Shown here: positions 19,333 to 27,259 of the stretch, in pieces
Layout of the letters: each line of letters starts with the position of its first letter
How positions within the stretch are numbered: the stretch's first letter is position 1
From: an uncultured virus (IMG/VR IMGVR_UViG_2698536638_000003)
Taxonomy: Duplodnaviria; Heunggongvirae; Uroviricota; Caudoviricetes
DNA length: 64,000 nucleotides
Virus record (IMG/VR): IMGVR_UViG_2698536638_000003
Location: 1 to 64,000 of that record
Reading direction: 5' to 3' (one strand)
Program-made: the position numbers and the translations under genes
Notes under the pieces: model-generated
Databases searched by the model: none
What the model saw: the letters and a program-made list of their open reading frames with translations, nothing else
Told to the model about the DNA's origin: nothing

Positions 19333-19527
19333 TTCCAACACATCAAAGAAGTCCCGTTTCGTTTTCTATAATCAATTATTGTACTATGGGTACAATAATT
19401 CCTTCCAAGGACTGAAATGAAACTCGTTTGATGTGTTGGAACCTTTTCCCCTCTTGGCAAGGGGAAGGAAAGAAAAAAGAGAATTCTTATTAAAAGAGCC
19501 CGAAAAGCCCTTTAGTTAAAAGGGCTT
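19333..19527. promoter_or_regulatory. AT-rich nested inverted-repeat region (origin, promoter/operator or structured RNA)
   Basis: 15-bp IR 19333-19347/19427-19441; 11-bp IR 19374-19384/19390-19400; TATAAT at 19367; further hairpins at about 19446-19466 and 19505-19527. Confidence 0.6.
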
Positions 19528-19553
19528 ATCGGAGCTTGTTAAGGTAGTTTTCG

Positions 19554-19706
19554 TCAGTGATGGTTGTCGATTGCTTCGAGAACCCTGCCGGTTGATGGCC
19601 TCGACCGAGCCATTTCGAGGAACCTTACGGCCTCCAGCCGGTAGAGCTCTCTGGCAACCTCGGCCTGTTCGGCCTTCGGCGATCGATAATAGGGGTGTTG
19701 CATCAT
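19554..19706 (-). CDS. Small hypothetical protein (50 aa)
   Basis: GGAGG Shine-Dalgarno upstream of MMQHPYYRSPKAEQ... Confidence 0.45.
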   Translation of the reverse strand: MMQHPYYRSPKAEQAEVARELYRLEAVRFLEMARSRPSTGRVLEAIDNHH

Positions 19707-19796
19707 GGTCGTGTCCTCCGACAACTGGTTGCAAAATGCATCTGGTCAGCCCCGCGACCGCGAGGCCTTGAAACTTTTCGGGTCGCTGATTTGGTC

Positions 19797-19898
19797 CCCG
19801 CCAGCGCCACCCCCACAACCACCTAACGCCCTCTGCAACGGAAAGTTGCAGCTACTGACGCAACAGGTACATATGGTTGTGGACGTGGCGCTGGCGGG
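19797..19898 (-). ncRNA. Intergenic structured element (14+9-bp stem, multibranch cap)
   Basis: CCCGCCAGCGCCAC/GTGGCGCTGGCGGG and CCACAACCA/TGGTTGTGG stems enclosing a CTGCAAC/GTTGCAG hairpin. Confidence 0.55.
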
Positions 19899-19999
19899 TA
19901 GGTGGTCGTCGTCCCTCCAACGTGTTGATCCGTCGCTGGCATTGCGCGCTCTCCCGAGCTTCCGGCACGTTCCGCTCCTCCACACGACCGTGGAGCGGC

Positions 20000-20640
20000 C
20001 TAATACTTCTGGTAGCAGATGATCTCGCGCCACCCCTTGGCGATGGCGCCGTCCGCTGCGCGCCACGCGGCGACACAGTCAGGGCCGGCCGACACCGTCT
20101 CGCCGTCGACCTCCAGCACATAGAGGTGCTGGCCTGGGCCTTCGGCTGGATGGGGCGAGAGCCAGCTCACGAAAGCGGCGAGCGCGCTGGCGGCGATTGT
20201 GACCTTGATCATGCGAGTTCCCCCTCGAATATGATTTTGAGATCGGCGAGCTCGAACCCTTGCGATCGAGCGAGCTTTTCGGCTTCCTTTTCACAGTGAA
20301 GGGCCGAGCCCTTCACCCGCGCCAGCACCTGGCCCATGAGGCGATCCATGATCACGAACACGGTCTCCACCCCACGCTGATCCTGCGGCGAGTACAGCCG
20401 GCGGGCGTTGCGCTTGATGGGGGCCTGGTGCTGGCGCGACGGCCGAGCCGAGACGCGATCGAGAGCGTCTCGTTCGGGACTGGCGCAGCTCAAGCGCTCT
20501 TTCGAGAGCTTGTTCCATACGCGGTGCTCGACCTCGGCCATGGAATGCGACTGGCTAAAGCCGTCCTCGCGCTCCACGACGGTGGCTCTGGCGAAGACGC
20601 GGCGCATTTTCGGCTGGGAAAGATCGGGCAGGATTTTCAT
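20000..20640 (-). CDS. Two hypothetical genes (20000-20212, with a hydrophobic N-terminus; 20209-20640)
   Basis: Coupled ORFs. Confidence 0.5.
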
Positions 20641-20766
20641 GTTGGCTCTCGCGATTTTGGGCTGCTTCAGCTCGCGCTAAATGCGGTGATCGCGCACCAT
20701 AAGCACGCGCACGCGGACGTATGATGGGAGGCCCACCCCCCGGAGGGGGTGGGGTGGAAGGGGCCG

Positions 20767-21459
20767 TTAGGCCGCCTTCCTCTTGCGGTCGCCTTCGGCC
20801 TGTGCCTTGACCAGCTCTTCCGCCGGGTTCCAGCCTTCCGCCTGTTGTTCCGCCTTGGTATCGGCAAGCTCTTTCGCGTTAAGAGCGGCGTTGATGTGGG
20901 TTGCCAGCCATTCGGCGACCGACATTGCTTGCTCCAGTGTCATGGTCGATATCGCGACCTTGACATTGGCGACCACGTCGACACCCTCTTCGGCATCGCC
21001 CTTGCCATCGGCATCGACGTCGCCTTCGGCCTGTGCCTTCGGCTCTTCCTCCGCCTTCGGCTCTTCCGGCGCGGCGGGGATCACTTCCACGCTGGCGTAT
21101 TTGCAGACGTCCTCATAGTCCGCCATGTTGGTGACGTTGAGCGCCTTCTTGTGCGCTTCCAGCCTTGCCATGGCGAAGTCGATGGCGGCATCCAGTGGCA
21201 TTTCCGCCACATCCTTCCGGCACCCGGCATGGAAGCCTTCGGCGAACGACTTTTCCGCAATGCGGTAGGCGTTCCGGAAGGTCGAAGTGACCTTGGGCTT
21301 GTCGACCCCAAACACCTTGTCTTCAAGGCGCTTCTTGGAGCCCTTGCCGCTATCGCGGCACATCGCCAGCCAGCAGACGCTGACGTACCAGCCACCGCCG
21401 ATTTTCTGCTCGACTTCCCGTATGCGGCCTGCAAGGCCGCCGATCGTAAAACCAGACAT
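20767..21459 (-). CDS. Hypothetical protein, first gene of the leftward early cluster (230 aa)
   Basis: GGAG upstream; acidic linker; hairpin downstream at about 20732-20754. Confidence 0.7.
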   Translation of the reverse strand: MSGFTIGGLAGRIREVEQKIGGGWYVSVCWLAMCRDSGKGSKKRLEDKVFGVDKPKVTSTFRNAYRIAEKSFAEGFHAGCRKDVAEMPLDAAIDFAMARLEAHKKALNVTNMADYEDVCKYASVEVIPAAPEEPKAEEEPKAQAEGDVDADGKGDAEEGVDVVANVKVAISTMTLEQAMSVAEWLATHINAALNAKELADTKAEQQAEGWNPAEELVKAQAEGDRKRKAA

Positions 21460-21475
21460 TTGCTCTTCTCCGTTT

Positions 21476-21558
21476 TGCTCAATTGAGCAGGTTGCCGATC
21501 AGGCGCACCCCTCCCGTCCCTTGCCCTTCCGGGCTTGGCCGTTGCTCATTTGAGCAAC
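21476..21558. promoter_or_regulatory. Pair of palindromic operator-like sites TGCTCA-NN-TGAGCA
   Basis: TGCTCAATTGAGCA (21476-21489) and GTTGCTCATTTGAGCAAC (21541-21558). Confidence 0.65.
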
Positions 21559-21797
21559 TTGTCGAGAGGCCATGGCTCCGCCATGCCCCTCCGAGGAGGG
21601 GTCGCCTTGGGGGCTTCCGCCCCCCACCGGCCTAACCGGCCGATAACCAAAGATAACCCACCCAACCGCAGCAACAAGGGAAGGAGTACACGCTTTTTCC
21701 TTGATTTCCATAGCGTAGCGGCGGGAATGGAGCCACATATACTAAATAAAAATTTTGGAAAAACGAACTAATAGTACTCCGTTACTGCGGATAAACG

Positions 21798-21826
21798 AAA
21801 AAGGGCGCCCCGAAGAGCGCCCTTTT
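21798..21826. terminator. Intrinsic terminator downstream of the primase operon
   Basis: AAAAAGGGCGC-CCCGAAGA-GCGCCCTTTT. Confidence 0.8.
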
Positions 21827-21902
21827 CATCTGCGTCTCTTGACCCAATCCCTAGTCCCAACCACGGAGGGGGTCAAACGCGATACTATAGGAAGAGTGAG
21901 TT

Positions 21903-22139
21903 TTAGTGTTTTGCTCCCGGATCGCCAGCCTCGCGCGGTATGCGGAGCATCATGTTGGCGCAGGACTGGCGCACCGTCTCCAGCGCCTCGTCCACCGTCA
22001 TCGTGTTGAGCAGGAACTCGGCCACGGCCTGCTCCAGGACGTCGACGATCTCGTTGACCGTGCAGCCGGACTGGAAGGCGATGTCCAGGTGATCGGACAC
22101 CGCATCCAGCAGCAGCTCCAGGTCAGGGTTCTTGCTCAT
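21903..22139 (-). CDS. Hypothetical protein
   Basis: MSKNPDLELLL... ORF downstream of the primase. Confidence 0.55.
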   Translation of the reverse strand: MSKNPDLELLLDAVSDHLDIAFQSGCTVNEIVDVLEQAVAEFLLNTMTVDEALETVRQSCANMMLRIPREAGDPGAKH

Positions 22140-22184
22140 AATGCAGCCACTTCTCGTACTCCCACCACTCGTCGGCATCGACGG

Positions 22185-24623
22185 TTATGATTTCGACTGC
22201 CCCGCAATCGTGACGTAGTTGTAGACGATGTCCACACCCCCGTTCCGGGTCTCGCGAAGCTGTTCGAACCTGAAGCTTTCGACCAGCTCCTTCATCAATG
22301 AGTGAAATTTCATCCGTTGCACACGCGCGACACCCCCCGCCATTGTGCAGAAACTCCAGTACTCGTCGAAAAGGAGATCTCCCGTAGTGCGGGTCTTGGA
22401 AGTGCCCTCGTGCTCGCGCTTCCCCACTTTGAGACGAGGGCTCTGTGACAAAAAATATCGCACCGAGTTGTTCTGGTTGGCCATGTCATCGATCACCACG
22501 CGGTGGCTCGAGGGCAGGGTGTAGTCCTTGTTCACCTTCAGCCGCGAGAGCGCGCCGAGCGCCCAGGCGACGATCTGCTCGCGCTCGGCCGCCAGAATGA
22601 TCTGGTCGATGTCGATCACCTTCTTCTCGTCGGAGATCCGCCGCGGAAATTCGATGAACAGCCAACGACGGTTGAAGCCGTCCGAGGTGTCCTTCGTCTT
22701 GGGCGTGTGGTTGGAGGCGAACCACTGGGCCGCCTTCGGCCGGAACCTGAAGATCGGGGCATTCTTGTTCTGCGCCTCGATCTCCTGGCCTTCGATCACC
22801 TGCTTGAAGACGTCGCCTGCGATGTCGCGCTTCTCCGAGATCTCCCCGGCGAAGTTGACGAGCTTGTCGGCCATCTGTGCCGGCATGAATTTGTCGCCCC
22901 AGTCAGTCGGCGGGACCGCAGAGTGGCACCCGTCCGGCATCAGCCCCTTGAGGATCTCCAAAATCCTCGATTTTCCGCTATGCGCCTGGCCAATCAGGCA
23001 AAAAGCCCGCTGGTAGCGAGGCGCAACCCCCATGAGCGTTACCGCAAGAGCCTCCTGCAGCGCCATCAATTTGTCTCCGTAATCGGCGTCTTCACCCCAA
23101 CAATCGTCCAACATCTGCAGGAAAAGCGGGCAACGGCTGTCTTCCTGGTAGCGATAGGGCAACACATAGGTGCAACCCTGCTCAGGGGAATGCTTCCGCA
23201 GCTCCATGTTCTCGGTCAGGAAGCCGTTGGCGAAGTTCACGCCGGTCAGGGCGACCGTCTGGAGGTGCTCAGAGGCCAGGCCCGACATCAGCTTCACGAT
23301 CTGGCTGATGTCCGAGTAGCGCTTGCAAACCGGCAGCGTGCCGTATTCCTGGCTGATGTGCTTGATGAAGTCGTTCTGGTCGACCGTCTGCCAGGAGGCG
23401 CCCTTCCACTGCCAGAAGTGACCCTGGTGGAACTTCAGCTTGCCGAACTCCTCCAGGTCCTTCAGCACAGCGCGCGCGACCTCCGAGTGGTCGGTGCCCG
23501 TGATGTCGCCGGCACGGAGCTTCATGAGCTCCTTGCGCAGAGTAGCGACCGAGTAGGAGCCCTTGGACTGCGACACGATGAACTTCAGGATGCGCTCTTC
23601 GTCGAGCGCGCTGATCTCGATGTTGCGGGCCAGGCGATCGAGCGCCACTTCCACGGCGCGCGTCCAGCCAGCGGTGTCGGGCGAGACGTGCCGCTCGAAC
23701 TCGCCGACCAGATGGGACACGATCTTCTCGGGCTCCCACTGCTCGTTCTCCTCGGTGATGACAAGGCCGAGCTTTTCCTTGTCCTCGTCGGTGAGGCCGT
23801 CGTCCCAGCCGGTCGGGAGCGCCTTGCGCTTCTCGCCGGTGACGTCGCGCATGAGGAAGTCGACGACCTTGGTCTGTGCCTTCTCGACGGACATCTCGTC
23901 TCCGGCCACCTTCTCGGTGTAGCCCTCGACCCAGGCCTTCATCTCGCCCATGGCCTCGATCAGCGTGCGCTCACCTCGGGTGACGGCCCTCGCGAGGAGG
24001 CCGGCATTGTAGACCAAAGCGTTGTCGCGCGCACCCGCCGGCACGAAAGACGTGATTTTGGTGTTACCGCTGGTCGAAAGCTCGAAACCTTCGGCCTTCA
24101 GAGCCTCACGCAGGAGCGTTTCGACGTTCTTCGGGAGCGCCGGGAGCGCACCCATGACGTCGACCAGGTCGCAATTTGCCGAGTATGGCTTGCCCGTATC
24201 GGGGTGGATCGACGGCGGAAGCACGATCTGGGTGCCCTTGGACAGGCATTCCAGGAGCATTTCGCCCTTCGAGTCCTTCACACGGAAGGTGCGCTCGCCT
24301 TCGAAGCGGAAAGCGAACACGGCGCCCTTGCGACCGACACGCTTCCACGGGCTGCGGGGCAGGAGCTGCTCGATGATGCGCAGGACACGCGGGTCCTCGC
24401 TGTCGACGTCGATCGCGACGATGCCAGAGGCCGCGCCCATCGGCAGACCGATGTTGCCGTCTGCCTTCTGGTGCAGCCACTCGCGCTGTTCGCGCTCGGT
24501 GGGCATGCGATCGGCGAATACCTGCCACGCATCGATCCACGGGCGTTTGAAACCGACGCGCAGCGGGATCGCCGGCTTGCCGAGTGCCCAATATTTTGGG
24601 GCTTCTGAAGCGAAAATGCTCAT
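22185..24623 (-). CDS. Bifunctional primase-polymerase fused to a D5/P4-type SF3 helicase
   Basis: N-terminal Prim-Pol motifs (NIGL, AIDVD, VLPPSIHP); Walker A GQAHSGKS; FASNH and DGFNRRW. Confidence 0.9.
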   Translation of the reverse strand: MSIFASEAPKYWALGKPAIPLRVGFKRPWIDAWQVFADRMPTEREQREWLHQKADGNIGLPMGAASGIVAIDVDSEDPRVLRIIEQLLPRSPWKRVGRKGAVFAFRFEGERTFRVKDSKGEMLLECLSKGTQIVLPPSIHPDTGKPYSANCDLVDVMGALPALPKNVETLLREALKAEGFELSTSGNTKITSFVPAGARDNALVYNAGLLARAVTRGERTLIEAMGEMKAWVEGYTEKVAGDEMSVEKAQTKVVDFLMRDVTGEKRKALPTGWDDGLTDEDKEKLGLVITEENEQWEPEKIVSHLVGEFERHVSPDTAGWTRAVEVALDRLARNIEISALDEERILKFIVSQSKGSYSVATLRKELMKLRAGDITGTDHSEVARAVLKDLEEFGKLKFHQGHFWQWKGASWQTVDQNDFIKHISQEYGTLPVCKRYSDISQIVKLMSGLASEHLQTVALTGVNFANGFLTENMELRKHSPEQGCTYVLPYRYQEDSRCPLFLQMLDDCWGEDADYGDKLMALQEALAVTLMGVAPRYQRAFCLIGQAHSGKSRILEILKGLMPDGCHSAVPPTDWGDKFMPAQMADKLVNFAGEISEKRDIAGDVFKQVIEGQEIEAQNKNAPIFRFRPKAAQWFASNHTPKTKDTSDGFNRRWLFIEFPRRISDEKKVIDIDQIILAAEREQIVAWALGALSRLKVNKDYTLPSSHRVVIDDMANQNNSVRYFLSQSPRLKVGKREHEGTSKTRTTGDLLFDEYWSFCTMAGGVARVQRMKFHSLMKELVESFRFEQLRETRNGGVDIVYNYVTIAGQSKS

Positions 24624-25081
24624 TGATTTGCCCCCTTGACGCGCTCTTTCAGCAGCTGGATCTGGTCGGCGGAGCAGACGTCGGTCAGGAAACCGACGAC
24701 CTGGGCCTGGAAATCCGCCATTTCCTTCATGGTCCAGACCTTCTCGCGCGCGGCGACGAGCTTCTCGATCAGGCCGGCACGGGCCTTGGCGACCTGAAGC
24801 TTCTCGGAATGGTCGGCGTTGCCCAGGCTGGCGACGAGGGTGGTGAGGTCCTTGAGGACGGTCACGATCTCCTGCTCGACATAATCAAGGCGGTCCATTT
24901 CGCCGTTGAAGGCGACGGGCTGCGCTTCAACAACGCGACCGTTCAACTCTTTCAGGAAATCGACGAGGGCAGGGGTGTAGGGTGCCTGATCCAGGTAGTC
25001 GGGATTATCCCGCAACTGGTTCAAGACCACCCTGAGCTGGAGGACAACAGCCTCCGGCAGGGTAGGATAGAATTTCGACAT
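24620..25081 (-). CDS. Helical hypothetical protein, divergent from terL (terminase small subunit candidate)
   Basis: 153-aa helical ORF coupled to the primase gene; function inferred from position only. Confidence 0.55.
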   Translation of the reverse strand: MSKFYPTLPEAVVLQLRVVLNQLRDNPDYLDQAPYTPALVDFLKELNGRVVEAQPVAFNGEMDRLDYVEQEIVTVLKDLTTLVASLGNADHSEKLQVAKARAGLIEKLVAAREKVWTMKEMADFQAQVVGFLTDVCSADQIQLLKERVKGANQ

Positions 25082-25192
25082 GAGGTACTCCGGGTTGGGA
25101 GACCTTATGTGGTGTGGATTTTTTGAACAACGACCCGAGTACTCTAGGACAAGAAACAAGAAATCCGCAAACAAGGTGCCGATATACGGCAC

Positions 25193-26941
25193 ATGAGCCT
25201 CTTTGAGGATTTTCTCACCCGTCTGACCCAGAAATTCCCCGAAGACGGGGCGACGATGACCATGTCGGCGTTCATTGAGGCGAACACCACCCTCAAGAAA
25301 AAGCCGTTTTCGTTCAAGGGGTACGAGTTCCAGCGACAGATTGTCGATGACATGCACCCCAACCTGGCGGTCATCAAGTGCTCGCAGGTGGGCCTGACCG
25401 AGATCCAGATCCGGAAATTCTTCTCGTTCCTCAAGCGGACCACCGCGGTGAACGGGATTTTCTCCCTGCCGAACGACGAGATGTACAAGCGCGTGTCGAA
25501 GACGCGCATCAAGCCGATTGTCGACGACGAGCCGGTCTTCAACCAGCACGACACATCCAAGAAGCCGGCCCGTTCGATGGACCTCTACCAGGTGGATGAC
25601 AGCTTCGGCTTCATCACCGGTGGCAAGGAAGGTGACGCCACCTCCATCAACGCGGACATCATGTTCAACGACGAGGTCGACCTGACCGACCAGGAGATCC
25701 TGGCGCTCTATGGCTCGCGTCTGCAGGGTTCACGCATCAAGATCCGCCAGGGCTTCTCGACGCCAACCTTCGAGGGCTACGGCATCGACAGCATGTTCAA
25801 GGCCTCTGACCAGCATGAGTACCTCTGCCGGTGTTCGCGCTGCAACCACTGGAACCTGCCGACCTTCACGCCGAAGTTCATCAACATCCCAGGGCTGTCA
25901 TCGGACCTGAACGACCTGTCCGAGATCGACAACGACATGGTCATGAAGATGGACCTGGATGCTGCCTTCACCATGTGTGAGCACTGCGGTGCCAAGCTCG
26001 ACCTCCTCGACCCCTCCAAGTTCGAATGGGTGCCCAGACACCCCGGCCGCCTGTCCCGCGGCTACTGGGTGCGCCCGTACTGCGCACCCGAGCTGAACAC
26101 CATCCGCTACATCGTCGAACAGCTGCTCGACTACAAGCGCAAGAACTCGATCCGCCGTTGGTACAACACGGTGCTCGGCCAGCCATACAACGATGCAAGC
26201 GCGCGGCTCTCCATCCCGGAGATCGAAGCCGTCATGAAGGGAGAAGGTAATGTTGACGTACCCCTGGGATCTCCAGTGGCGGTGGGTTGTGACGTTGGTC
26301 AGACCTGTCATCTTGTCGTGGCTGACCTCCGACATGCGGTACCGGTTGTTTTTAAATGGCTGCAAGTTCCCGCCGATGAGCTAAAGCAGGCGTTCGCTGA
26401 CCTCCGTGCCCAGTACAACGTCGTCGCCGGCGGCATGGATCTTAACCCATACGCGCCGCTCGCCCATGAGATCCGGGACGAGAGCAAGAGCGTCGTCATG
26501 CCGATCGAGTATGCCACCAGCCTGAAGGCGGCGCCGATCAGCCTCGTCAAGGACGAGACGGACAAGATCACCCACGTCTCGTCCAACCGCACCGGCATCA
26601 TCGACAAGACGGTGGGCAGCATTCGCGGCCACCGCATCGCCTTCGCCGGCTACGGCAGCAAGAAGCTGGTCATCCAGACCCACCTCCAGGACATGGTCCG
26701 CGTTGAGCTACCCGAGCAGCCGGCCAAATGGGTTAAGCTGACCGGCGACGATCACTTCTTCCACGCTCTCGGCTATCTCCTGCACGCGCTGCGCATCCAC
26801 GATTTCATCCTTAGCCAGGACGAACAAGAGGAGCGGCAGATGTCCGCGATCTTCGGCCTGATCTCAACAGTGCAGCAGCGTGAGGCAGGGTTAGATTTCA
26901 AGTCGCGCGTGCGATCACCATCTCTGCTTGGACTGCTTTAA
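25193..26941 (+). CDS. terL: Terminase large subunit, lambda GpA-type
   Basis: KCSQVGLTE (Walker A-like), NDEVD (Walker B), STPT, Cys pairs, GCDVG nuclease and DHFFHA. Confidence 0.9.
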   Translation: MSLFEDFLTRLTQKFPEDGATMTMSAFIEANTTLKKKPFSFKGYEFQRQIVDDMHPNLAVIKCSQVGLTEIQIRKFFSFLKRTTAVNGIFSLPNDEMYKRVSKTRIKPIVDDEPVFNQHDTSKKPARSMDLYQVDDSFGFITGGKEGDATSINADIMFNDEVDLTDQEILALYGSRLQGSRIKIRQGFSTPTFEGYGIDSMFKASDQHEYLCRCSRCNHWNLPTFTPKFINIPGLSSDLNDLSEIDNDMVMKMDLDAAFTMCEHCGAKLDLLDPSKFEWVPRHPGRLSRGYWVRPYCAPELNTIRYIVEQLLDYKRKNSIRRWYNTVLGQPYNDASARLSIPEIEAVMKGEGNVDVPLGSPVAVGCDVGQTCHLVVADLRHAVPVVFKWLQVPADELKQAFADLRAQYNVVAGGMDLNPYAPLAHEIRDESKSVVMPIEYATSLKAAPISLVKDETDKITHVSSNRTGIIDKTVGSIRGHRIAFAGYGSKKLVIQTHLQDMVRVELPEQPAKWVKLTGDDHFFHALGYLLHALRIHDFILSQDEQEERQMSAIFGLISTVQQREAGLDFKSRVRSPSLLGLL

Positions 26942-26950
26942 GGATCAGCC

Positions 26951-27259
26951 ATGGCCAAGCTCAACATCATCCTCGGTATCGCAGAACTCCAGGCGAACTC
27001 TGCCGGCATGAAGCCGATCATGAGCGACAACATCGTCGATGGTGAGACGATCGACGTCACGACCGTCTCCGACCAGCCCTCGATCACCTGCCTGAAACCC
27101 GACCAGGTCTGGATGCTGACGGCCATCGACAACCCGGTTTGGGTCAAGTTCGGCCGCAATCCCTCGGCTGTCGTGGGCGACTCGATCCTCCTGATGCCTG
27201 GTATTCCCTACTCCTTCTCGGCCACACCTGGCTTCACGCTGGCGGCGATCAAAGAATGA
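26951..27259 (+). CDS. Putative head-spike base protein
   Basis: 102-aa beta-rich ORF immediately before an LGLGLGLG-start fibre, as in the RcGTA GhsA/GhsB pair. Confidence 0.5.
   Translation: MAKLNIILGIAELQANSAGMKPIMSDNIVDGETIDVTTVSDQPSITCLKPDQVWMLTAIDNPVWVKFGRNPSAVVGDSILLMPGIPYSFSATPGFTLAAIKE

Noticed and set aside
19333..19441. Protelomerase (telRL) target of a linear plasmid prophage
   Set aside because: The palindrome is interrupted rather than continuous, and the only recombinase is a standard integrase.
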